DNA of 62,964 bases, counting the filler, from Collodictyon triciliatum (taxonomy: Eukaryota), in NCBI GenBank assembly GCA_043381765.1. It is 7 parts of 7 records of this genome, joined end to end, with 100 filler letters (N's around TTAATTAATTAA, not from the genome) between each part and the next. Parts side by side here need not be neighbours in the genome. Positions count along the whole stretch, not along the records: positions 59,990 to 62,964 come from JBHJMP010002727.1; 6 more parts are not named here. One strand, given 5' to 3'. The position numbers and the translations under genes were made by a program. Position 1 is the stretch's first letter. Every line of letters starts with the position of its first letter. Under the pieces are notes generated by a model that was not told where the DNA came from, made no database searches, and worked only from the letters and a program-made list of their open reading frames with translations. Shown piece after piece: positions 62,785 to 62,964 of this stretch.

Positions 62785-62964
62785 GTAAACATATACCATG
62801 TCTTGTATTATTATGGTATAATACTTTCTCCTTTTCTCTCTTCTTTTCTCTCTTCTTTTCTCTCTCCTTTTCTCTCTCTTTTTTTTCTCTCTTTTTTTTC
62901 TCTCTTTTTTTTCTCTCTTTTTTTTCTCTCTTTTTTTTCTCTCTTTTTTTTCTCTCTTTTTTTT

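Overview
AT-rich, very intron-dense eukaryotic (probably protist) DNA using the standard genetic code. The window is seven pieces joined by artificial 100-nt spacers (N44-TTAATTAATTAA-N44). Four consecutive pieces are 10439, 10426, 10422 and 10422 nt long, so adjacency across spacers should not be trusted. Genes reconstructed by hand from exons: a claret-like RCC1-repeat protein (partial), a PP2C/PDP-like phosphatase with a mitochondrial-type presequence, U5 snRNP GTPase Snu114/EFTUD2 (complete), a small CDV3-like protein (partial), a coiled-coil protein (partial), an MT-A70 adenine methyltransferase (DPPW intact) with four ZZ zinc fingers (partial), a guanylate-binding protein with a C-terminal HeH/SAP-like domain (complete), an SDP1/TGL4-like lipase (partial), an ELAPOR/UPF0577-like Cys-rich protein (partial) and a dynamin-related protein (partial). 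Notable signals: (1) a decayed Fanzor1 (eukaryotic TnpB-like RNA-guided nuclease) with an NLS, all three RuvC motifs, a structured 3' end and a possible intron; (2) a dispersed family of tiny insertions ending in CTTTGAATCGAATAAAGG-poly(A), flanked by 14-19 bp target-site duplications, with one 133-nt longer copy; (3) U12-type minor introns (one AT-AC, one GT-AG) and GC-AG introns. All family assignments are from motif recognition, not database searches.
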